This document shows positions 30,601 to 38,933 of a stretch of DNA of 64,000 nt, piece by piece; the stretch's first letter is position 1; each line of letters starts with the position of its first letter. The DNA is from a virus, in IMG/VR virus record IMGVR_UViG_3300028864_000019, positions 1-64,000 of that record, one strand, 5' to 3'. The notes below the pieces were generated by a model. That model saw only the letters and a list, made by a program, of their open reading frames with translations, searched no databases and was not told the origin of the DNA. A program made the position numbers and the translations under genes.

Positions 30601-30714
30601 TTAATATACCTATTTATTAATACTGTTTATATTAATTTATTATCATTCTTATAGCATGTGAGTTTTATAAAACTCTTAATATAAGATCAGAGAAGGTATA
30701 TTGCCTTCTCACCT

Positions 30715-31425
30715 CTAAGCAGTTTTTACAACTTTAAAATTATTATCCATAAATTCAATAATGTTGTTTAATAACTCATAACCATCTTTAGTTTTACATC
30801 CATTAAAACTCTTATATAGACTATAGATATAATCTTCATCTTTCATGAAATCTACACTGATTGAATTTATACATTTGTTATGTTCTTTATTGCTATACAC
30901 CCCTATATTAAAGCAAAATGATGTAATATATTTCCCGTCATTGCCAGTGCTACCGTATGGCTTAATATAATTTTCTGTTTTACCATCATATTTACTATTT
31001 AAAAATTCTTTAAATCTATCATTAATTGAACCTTCGGCGTAGAAAAAATCATGAGTCATTATTCCTATATTATATGTCCTATTTATATTGCACGTATAAT
31101 CCCTGAATTCCATTTGTGGCTCACTATAATCAACCAAGCTAACTCCGTAACTTAATTCTTCTCCATGACTTCCTTCTTCATCTGGAACATCTAAAAACAA
31201 TGTCCATTGAACTCTTCCTTGTTTACCACCATTTATATTTTCTATGTTCCACATTCTTATAGTAAATTCACTATCTTCACATTTAAAAAATGTTCTTGAA
31301 TCATAACATTCTATAATAGTAACATCTTTATCTACTAACCCGTATTTCTTCTTCATTGGCGTTTTGTTTATTACCTTCTTTACTAGTTGTTCTAATTCCT
31401 TACTTTCAGTTTTTTTAATTATCAT
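30715..31425 (-). CDS. hypothetical protein
   Basis: ORF track; hairpin AGAAGG..CCTTCT follows the stop. Confidence 0.75.
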   Translation of the reverse strand: MIIKKTESKELEQLVKKVINKTPMKKKYGLVDKDVTIIECYDSRTFFKCEDSEFTIRMWNIENINGGKQGRVQWTLFLDVPDEEGSHGEELSYGVSLVDYSEPQMEFRDYTCNINRTYNIGIMTHDFFYAEGSINDRFKEFLNSKYDGKTENYIKPYGSTGNDGKYITSFCFNIGVYSNKEHNKCINSISVDFMKDEDYIYSLYKSFNGCKTKDGYELLNNIIEFMDNNFKVVKTA

Positions 31426-31556
31426 ATTCTCTATCTCCTTTTAATTGCATTTACTTTAATTTCGAATCTTATAATATTATTATACCATAATATTGAAATT
31501 ATATACCTTGTTTTATTATTATTTATTTTAATTTATTTTAATTTATTTATTATGTA

Positions 31557-32972
31557 TTAAATTGCTTGTCCTAAATTTTCATTATGTAATAATTCTTTTT
31601 GTTTTATGTATTCATCAGAATATTTCCATTTCAAAGGTGTTCCATCTTCTAATTTACCACAATAAATTCTTGTTCCATTACAACATGAGTTTATATGTCT
31701 ATAAGATATTATTTTGTAATATTCTCCTGCTTCTTTAATCGTATTAAATTTTTTATTTGTAGTAACGCAAACATATTTTTCTTTACAATATACAATTGTT
31801 TTTGAATCATATGTATAATCTTGATTATACAATTCTTTTAATTTGTTTTCTATATCATATTTTATGTATTCTTCAGGAGTTAAATCTTCTATGTATTTCC
31901 ATTGTAATTTTGTTCCATCAAATAGTTTTCCACTATATTTTTGTTTCCCTTGACAACAATTTCCTATATGAGCATTATCTATATGATAAAATTTCCCAGC
32001 TCCTGCGATAGAATTAAAAACAATATTAAATGTTGTACAAATCACTTTTTTCTTAACTTCTTTTTTAATATAATTTTCTATATTCATTTTTTTAATACTA
32101 TTTATTTTATTTTGAATATCTATATCTGTCATATGTATATAATCTTCATAATAAGCCCAAATCAATCTTGTTCCATCAGGAAATCTACCCGATGTTGATT
32201 GTAATCCCCTGCAACATTTTCCTATCGTTCCACTGTCTTTTCTAAAACCACAATAGGTATTGGCATCACCTATACTTAAAAATATTTTTCTATTGTTAAG
32301 ACAAACTACCTTTTTAAATTGTACATTTAGTTCTATATCTTCCATTCGTTCTTCCGCTTTATGTATTGTATAATCATTTAAGTACATCCATACCATTTTT
32401 TCACCTGTAATTGGATTTAATCCTGCATATCTATATTCTCCTTTACATGCTAAACTAATTGTTTTTCTGTCTATATTATATTTTTTACCAGCTTGTTTAA
32501 GTGATAAAAAGGTTTCATTTGTGTTAACACATATAACAGGTAAAGATACTTCCAATTTAGATATTCTATTTTTATTTTTAGATTCCTCAGTATGTTGAAA
32601 TCCACAACCACTTCCACCGCCAATATTTTTATTGTATCCATATTTCCTATTATCAGAATCATAATAAGAAATCCAACATTGCTCTTTGATATTTAATTCT
32701 TCTTGGGAAAAAGCAATATCAAATACTTCTACTATTTCAAAAGCTTTAAATCCATGTGTTTTTATAGAACTTAATAAATGTTTATTTGCGTCTAATTTTC
32801 TTTTTAATCTACCTTTATGGTAATTATATACTCTTTCAATTCCTGTACCTTTGTAATTATATCTTTTATAAAAACCACCTTCTTGTGCGGTTTGTCCAAT
32901 ATAAACTTTGCCATTAACAATATTTGTTATTCTGTATATAATCCCATACACTTCTAAATTCCCTATTTTCAT
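31557..32972 (-). CDS. GIY-YIG homing endonuclease with NUMOD1-type repeats
   Basis: GIIYRITN..VYIGQT; repeated VIC..T..F.S...A...Y.I....I..CC.G; ATG at 32972 after GAAGGTG. Confidence 0.88.
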   Translation of the reverse strand: MKIGNLEVYGIIYRITNIVNGKVYIGQTAQEGGFYKRYNYKGTGIERVYNYHKGRLKRKLDANKHLLSSIKTHGFKAFEIVEVFDIAFSQEELNIKEQCWISYYDSDNRKYGYNKNIGGGSGCGFQHTEESKNKNRISKLEVSLPVICVNTNETFLSLKQAGKKYNIDRKTISLACKGEYRYAGLNPITGEKMVWMYLNDYTIHKAEERMEDIELNVQFKKVVCLNNRKIFLSIGDANTYCGFRKDSGTIGKCCRGLQSTSGRFPDGTRLIWAYYEDYIHMTDIDIQNKINSIKKMNIENYIKKEVKKKVICTTFNIVFNSIAGAGKFYHIDNAHIGNCCQGKQKYSGKLFDGTKLQWKYIEDLTPEEYIKYDIENKLKELYNQDYTYDSKTIVYCKEKYVCVTTNKKFNTIKEAGEYYKIISYRHINSCCNGTRIYCGKLEDGTPLKWKYSDEYIKQKELLHNENLGQAI

Positions 32973-33081
32973 GTCTGCACCTTCTTCTATTAATTTATTG
33001 CCAAACCATATAAAGTTAATTATTTTCAAATTTAAGGGAAGCAATTATACTTCCCACATTACCTATAAATAACCCATTTAT

Positions 33082-33840
33082 TTATAATTTGTACCCTAAT
33101 TTACTTAAAGCATAAAATACTGCACATATTCTTGTACTTGTAACTTCCATTGATTTTCTTTTAAATCTAAGTCTTCCATCACATGTTACATCAATATCTG
33201 TATTATCCAGTTCTCTAGATGTTTTTATAAATTCAATCATATCATCACTTGAACAATTGTTTGGAATTAATTTAAATAATGTGTCTTTATCATTGATAAG
33301 TTTTGCATTGTTAACAGCTATATATCTCATATCATCTAAATCTAATTCAACAATATTAGCAAATCCTTTTTCTTGAAGATAATCTACAACTGCTTGACCT
33401 ATATTTATAGTTGGTATAATAATTTTACAATTATCAATTCCTTTTATTGATTCTATCAATTTATCAGCAATATCTTCTAACTTATTTCCAGTAATTTTAA
33501 TAAATCTAATTATTTTTAATTCTGAATTGTTGTTCTCTTCGAATAATACTCCATAATTTGTTCCTTCTCTAGATACATCAAAAGATAAATAATAATTCTT
33601 ACCACTTGGAATATCACTACTATAACTAATTCTTATATCATTATTAAATATAGTTTTAACTCTATTATTTGTAACATTGTCCATTGATGTAATTATTTCC
33701 ACTTCGATAGTTTCGTCTCCATATTGACTCTTTTTAATTTCTCCTATGTATAGATTATCAATGTCTTTCAACTTTAGCATTTTGCCAAAATCACCTTTTG
33801 TAAAAAATACTTTTGCTTTTCCTAATTGTGTACTGTTCAT
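33082..33840 (-). CDS. protein with terminase-like RNase H nuclease domain (stand-alone)
   Basis: YYLSFDVSREG, IIIPTINIGQAVVDYL, terminal STRICAVFYAL. Confidence 0.5.
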   Translation of the reverse strand: MNSTQLGKAKVFFTKGDFGKMLKLKDIDNLYIGEIKKSQYGDETIEVEIITSMDNVTNNRVKTIFNNDIRISYSSDIPSGKNYYLSFDVSREGTNYGVLFEENNNSELKIIRFIKITGNKLEDIADKLIESIKGIDNCKIIIPTINIGQAVVDYLQEKGFANIVELDLDDMRYIAVNNAKLINDKDTLFKLIPNNCSSDDMIEFIKTSRELDNTDIDVTCDGRLRFKRKSMEVTSTRICAVFYALSKLGYKL

Positions 33841-33993
33841 TTAATATCATCCTTTCTTTTACTGCCTTTGCAGTCATCCTTATATTTTTATAATTCACAT
33901 AGATTTTCACTTGTGAACTAATTCTAAAATACCAATATAGATATACTAGAATTACCTCAAAAGGAGGTTTTATCTTTTGTTTGATTATTTAAT

Positions 33994-34422
33994 TTATTTC
34001 TTTTCTTTAAAACTTTCAACTGAATCTTCCTTAATAATATCATCAATTATTTTAATTAATTCTTCTATCTCACTAACAGTTAATTCAATACTATCATCTG
34101 CATTAACTTCATCTTTTAACTTTACCAACTCTTCTTTTATTAATAATTTTCTATTTTCTTCATAATCGACATGTACTCTATTCATTACTCTTTTATAAAA
34201 ATCACTATATCTTTTACCTTCTGATTCATATTCAGACATTTTGCCAGCTTGTTTTAATTTTTCAACTAAATTAAAATCTTTAGGATATCCTATAGTTTGA
34301 TTTGGATTCGTTTTAAATTCATTAATTTCATCTCTTAGTTTATCAAGTTGATAAGTTCTTATATAATCATACATTGCATCAAATATTTTTATGTCCTCTT
34401 TACTTAATATTTTTTCACTCAT
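33994..34422 (-). CDS. hypothetical protein
   Basis: ORF track. Confidence 0.72.
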   Translation of the reverse strand: MSEKILSKEDIKIFDAMYDYIRTYQLDKLRDEINEFKTNPNQTIGYPKDFNLVEKLKQAGKMSEYESEGKRYSDFYKRVMNRVHVDYEENRKLLIKEELVKLKDEVNADDSIELTVSEIEELIKIIDDIIKEDSVESFKEKK

Positions 34423-35080
34423 TTATATATCTCCATTCTTTTTAATTTATTAATTATTCTTAGCTGTTTTTCAAACTTGTACATTAAATTTAGCTACTAT
34501 TGGCTTAGATTGTTTTGTATTACCTACCGTATAATAGATTTCAACAGTATTTTTATCTATGTATACTGGTTCTTCAAAACTAACGTTAATTGATAATTTA
34601 CTTGTATCCATATTTCTCACCTACTTATATTTAATATTAATACATTAATTTGTTGTTATCAATATTTTCTTTGGAATATTTTTCTAAATTTATTTATAAG
34701 AGAGTTTTGATTATTCAATTTTTAAACTTCCATTTACTCTCTCATACTCCAGTTTACTCCGTTTTTCAAACATAAAAACCCTTTAAAATTTCCCTTTTAC
34801 TTAAAAATTGTTATATTAATTTATTTATCTCGTATATGTTTTAAATATTTCATTTTCTCTAATCTCGCATTTAGTTTGTAGTCTACAAAGCGATACAACG
34901 AATAATACTGTAAAACTTATTATTATTCCTAAAATTATTAACATTATTATTTCCCCCTTATTTGATTATTTTTATCTCATATAGAGTTTCATTATCTATA
35001 TCATTAACTGTATGTAGCCCTAATAACTTATCTAATACTATTAACCCTATTACTATCAATATTCCTTCTAACATCTTATC

Positions 35081-35728
35081 TTACACGCTTCCTTTCTTCC
35101 TATTTATTAATTTTACAAATTTCTCTTGTTCATTTAATTCATATTCTGCATAAGATTTTGATACTGAATTTATTAAGTGTTGCTTTTGTTGTAATGATTT
35201 ATATTTAATTTTAACAGTGATTCCTTTTATCTTAGGCAATGTATCAGTTATTCCATAAATATGATCTTCATTAACTTCAATAATATTATCTTTATGTTCA
35301 TGTGAAGGGCTTCTCATATATTCTACTTTTAATATTTCGTCCACTTCATTCAATATATCACCGTTCATTTGTAATTGTCTTTTGTGATATCCGTTTTCAT
35401 AATTCAACTGGGTTAAATGATTATCTTGATTACTTATTTTCTTTTCTTGTACTTGAAATCCACCTAGTTGTCTAACTAGCATTTCCATTGTTTTTAGTTC
35501 ATTCTTTGCCTCTCTCCGAGCTTGTCTAAGTTTTTGTAATGACTTCGCTAGTTGCCACCCTGTATATAAATCGAATTTCCCTAATCCTTCTATCTTATGT
35601 AGTAAATCTTGTTGTACATCATTAAAGACTTTTTCTTTTATCTTAAGTTTATTATAATATTCTTTAGCTTCTATGATATTTGTATTAATTTGATTAGCGT
35701 AACTTGTAGCTTTACACAATTTAATCAT
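35081..35728 (-). CDS. coiled-coil phage protein
   Basis: QQDLLHKIE..L.KLRQARREAKNE. Confidence 0.75.
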   Translation of the reverse strand: MIKLCKATSYANQINTNIIEAKEYYNKLKIKEKVFNDVQQDLLHKIEGLGKFDLYTGWQLAKSLQKLRQARREAKNELKTMEMLVRQLGGFQVQEKKISNQDNHLTQLNYENGYHKRQLQMNGDILNEVDEILKVEYMRSPSHEHKDNIIEVNEDHIYGITDTLPKIKGITVKIKYKSLQQKQHLINSVSKSYAEYELNEQEKFVKLINRKKGSV

Positions 35729-35740
35729 TTCCTTTCTTTA

Positions 35741-35828
35741 TATATTAATTTGTTTTGTATTATATATTAAGTATAAGGTTAAATATGGAAGATGTCAATA
35801 GTATTTCTAGTATTTATATTAATTTATT
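35741..35828 (-). promoter_or_regulatory. sigmaA promoter flanked by two operator copies
   Basis: TTGACA(35798-35793)-17-TATACT(35775-35770); operators 35815-35828 and 35741-35754. Confidence 0.72.
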
Positions 35829-35835
35829 TTATGTA

Positions 35836-36792
35836 TTAGTCCGTTATTTCAACTTTATAGTTAATCATAGCTATGTATAGGTGTTCAGGAATCTGATCTT
35901 TATAATCATTTGCTACTTGCTTAATTCGATTTTCCTTAAATTCTTTATAAGATTGAAATGCTTCTATTTTAGTATCAAATGTCCCAAGATATATACTTTT
36001 ATTATTCTTATCTGTGCCTTTTGCTCTAATTTTCCCATCTTTCTTATTTAAACTAACACCAATAGGAAAATCCCCTCTATAATTCTTTCTATTAATAAAC
36101 AAATTATTTATCCTTTCTGGAACAAAACAACAAGTATCAGGTGAATATATTTTATTTCCCTTAATTAGAATATCTTTATCAAGACACATTTTCTCTCCTT
36201 CTATCTCATAATAATTTTCTTTATACCAGCGTACAAAATTCTCAAAATTGTACCATTCTTCTGCTACAATACAATCTTTATATGTAGGATATTTTTCTTT
36301 ATACTTTTTACTATAACATCTAGTCATCATACTATTCCACTTATAGTATTCTTTACTTGTACTATTGTTTTCGTTTAAAACACTTACCTTATGGGCAATT
36401 CTATTAGTACAATTACTAACTTTTCCTTTTTTAAAATTGTCATATTGCGTTTTAACTCTATATCCACCTTCAAATTCAACTATAATATTTTGTGTATTAA
36501 TGTACTCTACAATAGTCATTTTAATACCATGATTGTTATATTTTACTTCTCCAGTTCTATCAATAAGACATGCCCTTTTAGAATTTTGTTTTTCATAGTC
36601 TGAATTTTTTATTAATCCTCTTTTAAAATTATTATATGTTTTATTATAAGATATGTAACCATCTTCAAACTCAATATCTACATCGTTACATCCTCGATAT
36701 TCTTTAATCCACATCCTTAGCCCTTGAGTGTTAATATTTTCTTCACCTATTCTATTTAATAATTTTTCTTTCATTATTTTTCTCCTTTTCAA
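35836..36792 (-). CDS. HNH-type homing endonuclease with AP2-like C-terminus
   Basis: W.SM.TRCY..PTYKDC.V..EW.NF.NF..W..LDKDIL.KGNKIYSP.TCCFVP; YLGTFDT. Confidence 0.82.
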   Translation of the reverse strand: MKRRKIMKEKLLNRIGEENINTQGLRMWIKEYRGCNDVDIEFEDGYISYNKTYNNFKRGLIKNSDYEKQNSKRACLIDRTGEVKYNNHGIKMTIVEYINTQNIIVEFEGGYRVKTQYDNFKKGKVSNCTNRIAHKVSVLNENNSTSKEYYKWNSMMTRCYSKKYKEKYPTYKDCIVAEEWYNFENFVRWYKENYYEIEGEKMCLDKDILIKGNKIYSPDTCCFVPERINNLFINRKNYRGDFPIGVSLNKKDGKIRAKGTDKNNKSIYLGTFDTKIEAFQSYKEFKENRIKQVANDYKDQIPEHLYIAMINYKVEITD

Positions 36793-36877
36793 TTTACTTT
36801 TAAACTAACAAGAGAGTAATTCCAAGATTTCTCCCAGTCTTACTCTCTTATTGATACCGACTTCTAATTAATAATGA

Positions 36878-36997
36878 TTATCCACGGTCAGAAGGACCAG
36901 CCCATGCAACTAATGTAGTAACGATCATTGATGTAATTATTATAGCCATCATCATAAAGTATTTAACTCTAGCTTTTGTGTTTTTGCTTATCTTCAT
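36878..36997 (-). CDS. secreted signalling propeptide, AimP/Phr-like: MKISKNTKARVKYFMMMAIIITSMIVTTLVAWAGPSDRG (39 aa; not in ORF track)
   Basis: Strong RBS GGAGGAGAGGTGA (37016-37004); basic N-region, hydrophobic core, A-W-A signal peptidase site; predicted mature GPSDRG. Confidence 0.85.
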   Translation of the reverse strand: MKISKNTKARVKYFMMMAIIITSMIVTTLVAWAGPSDRG

Positions 36998-37090
36998 TTT
37001 TGTTCACCTCTCCTCCATATGTACTATTAGCATAAGATTTACTTATACTAAATTGTAAATATGGAAGAAATTATCTTTTGTTTATTTAAT

Positions 37091-37744
37091 TTAGCTTACT
37101 TTATTATTTCTTTTTTCTTCTTCTTTTAATAACAATACATTTTTATATAATGCAACATCTGTTTTTTTAATTTCTTTTTCAAAACATTCAAATTGATCTT
37201 GATATTGTTTATTATTGTTATGTAATAATATGTCCATTATTTGTAGGACAATATTATCATTACGCTCTAGCAAACTTATATTAAATTTTGCTGTTAATTT
37301 ATTAAAATAACCCATTGTATCATTTGGAGTGCATGTTTTAAACGCATCATAATATTCCTCATATGCTTTTATTTTCTCCTCATTGCTCAATTCATCTTTA
37401 TAACTATCTATATAATTATTAAGGGCTTTACTATACTTGTGTTTATTCTCTTTTTTATAATTAGGAATTGAATTCAATTCATCTAATAGTAATTTCGAAT
37501 GTAATTTTGCTGATTGTAAGTGTTCAGGCTTTTTGGTTAATAGTTCTGCCACAACTAATCCATTTAATAACAATCTCCTGTTTTCTATTTTTTTTAATTT
37601 GTCGTGCATTTGAAGAAATAATTTTTGTAATTCAATTATTGCTTTATCTATATCACCTTTTTTACCATTAACCCCGTCCCAAATATCATATGCCTCATCT
37701 AATTTCTTTTTAAATAGTCGTTCAATGGCATCTTCATTTATCAT
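37091..37744 (-). CDS. all-helical TPR-like protein, putative peptide receptor (RRNPP/AimR-like sensor domain, no HTH)
   Basis: Helical pairs with spaced Asn (LLLNG, ALNNY, AKFNI); directly upstream of the propeptide gene. Confidence 0.6.
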   Translation of the reverse strand: MINEDAIERLFKKKLDEAYDIWDGVNGKKGDIDKAIIELQKLFLQMHDKLKKIENRRLLLNGLVVAELLTKKPEHLQSAKLHSKLLLDELNSIPNYKKENKHKYSKALNNYIDSYKDELSNEEKIKAYEEYYDAFKTCTPNDTMGYFNKLTAKFNISLLERNDNIVLQIMDILLHNNNKQYQDQFECFEKEIKKTDVALYKNVLLLKEEEKRNNKVS

Positions 37745-37775
37745 CTTAATGCAACCCCTTTAATCCTCATATATT

Positions 37776-38546
37776 TTACATGACTACAGATTCATCTCCT
37801 GTTTTATATATTTTATAATAATCTCTATAGTCTAATCCATTTTCTTTACAAATGTCTTCTAGTTCCATTAAAAATATTTCTCTTTCTTCTAATAAATGTT
37901 TGACTAAACTTTCAGTCTTTCTTCTTGCTATGGCTTTTTCATAAGTGTGTATGTCTTCTAATTTTTCTTCTAATCTAATTCTTATTTCTTTATTTAATTT
38001 CTCCAATGGCGTTTTCTCTTTTAAATCTCCTAATTGAATGTTTCGGGCATTATCTATGCGTTTCATGGTCAATTCGTCCACAGTACCAACATAAGTAAGC
38101 AAATCATATCTAACGTCTATAGTTGTTATTTGTTCTGTAAGAACTAGAGATTTTTCTTTTAAACCAAAATTCTCAATCTCGACGTGAACAGGAATATTAG
38201 CTTTTGACGATACTTTGCTTGTGATTGGGAATCCATTTACGATAGTTGAATATTGATTACTTAAACTATTTGAGGTTATTAAAAATGGACGTATATTACA
38301 TTGGCAACTACCATTCCTTTTCCCTAAATTAACATACCAAATTTCACATCTTTTTGCTCTTTTAATCTCTCTATATTTTGTTTCGTTATTTAATTTATTA
38401 TTACTATAACTACTCATTAGTTGATCAATTCTTTTGGTGTCCACAACTCCTCCTTTATTTGGAACATCATTTATAGCTATTTCTTTTTCTGCCAATTTAT
38501 CTCTTAATTCTTTTAATCTATTATCATTTTCTAATAAAGTTAGCAT
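37776..38546 (-). CDS. mazF: MazF/PemK-family endoribonuclease with N- and C-terminal extensions
   Basis: KRCEIWYVNLG..GS.Q..IRPFLITSN..N..S.IV..FPITS..HVEI..S.VLTEQITTID aligns by eye to B. subtilis EndoA; ATG 38546 after GAAGGTGG. Confidence 0.85.
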   Translation of the reverse strand: MLTLLENDNRLKELRDKLAEKEIAINDVPNKGGVVDTKRIDQLMSSYSNNKLNNETKYREIKRAKRCEIWYVNLGKRNGSCQCNIRPFLITSNSLSNQYSTIVNGFPITSKVSSKANIPVHVEIENFGLKEKSLVLTEQITTIDVRYDLLTYVGTVDELTMKRIDNARNIQLGDLKEKTPLEKLNKEIRIRLEEKLEDIHTYEKAIARRKTESLVKHLLEEREIFLMELEDICKENGLDYRDYYKIYKTGDESVVM

Positions 38547-38636
38547 TACGACCACCTTCCGCTTAATTAATTCCTTCTTAATTTCCAATTAAAATTACTT
38601 TTTTATATACTTTAATTTGTTTCATCTCATGTTTAA

Positions 38637-38880
38637 ATTTTACTGCTAATTCCATTTCTTGTCAATACCTTTTTCCAATTATTTATAATTTATTTTTAAC
38701 TTCTTTATTAATTTGTTTTGTCAATTCCTATATTCTTATATTACTACTTATTTCCAAACCTGTCAATAACCTTTTTAAATATTTTTTGTTTATACAATAA
38801 TTTGTTTAATATCTTGTCCATGAGTTAATAATACACCTACCTGAATACAATGTCAACAACTATTTAATAAATTAATGTAA
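38637..38880 (-). promoter_or_regulatory. three tandem sigmaA promoters upstream of the mazF-TPR-peptide operon
   Basis: TTGACA-17-TATTAT (38856-38828), TTGACA-17-TAATAT (38766-38738), TTGACA-17-TAAAAT (38665-38637). Confidence 0.72.
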
Positions 38881-38902
38881 TAAGTTTTAGACTTTAAAAT
38901 AT

Positions 38903-38932
38903 AAAAGAAAGACTAGAAATTACTTCTAGTCT
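38903..38932 (-). terminator. intrinsic terminator after the integrase-fold repressor gene
   Basis: AGACTAGAA/TTCTAGTCT stem followed by TTCTTTT on the minus strand. Confidence 0.75.
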
Positions 38933-38933
38933 A

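Noticed and set aside
31440-33080. Group I intron around the GIY-YIG endonuclease
   Set aside because: Flanks are short AT-rich spacers with no P7 core and no split host ORF
37091-37744. Naming this gene aimR
   Set aside because: Much shorter than AimR and no N-terminal HTH visible; homology cannot be shown by eye
38719-38724. Fourth TTGACA upstream of mazF as a promoter
   Set aside because: No acceptable -10 at 17-bp spacing
38550-38930. mazE antitoxin gene upstream of mazF
   Set aside because: Region is promoter-dense with no credible ORF or RBS
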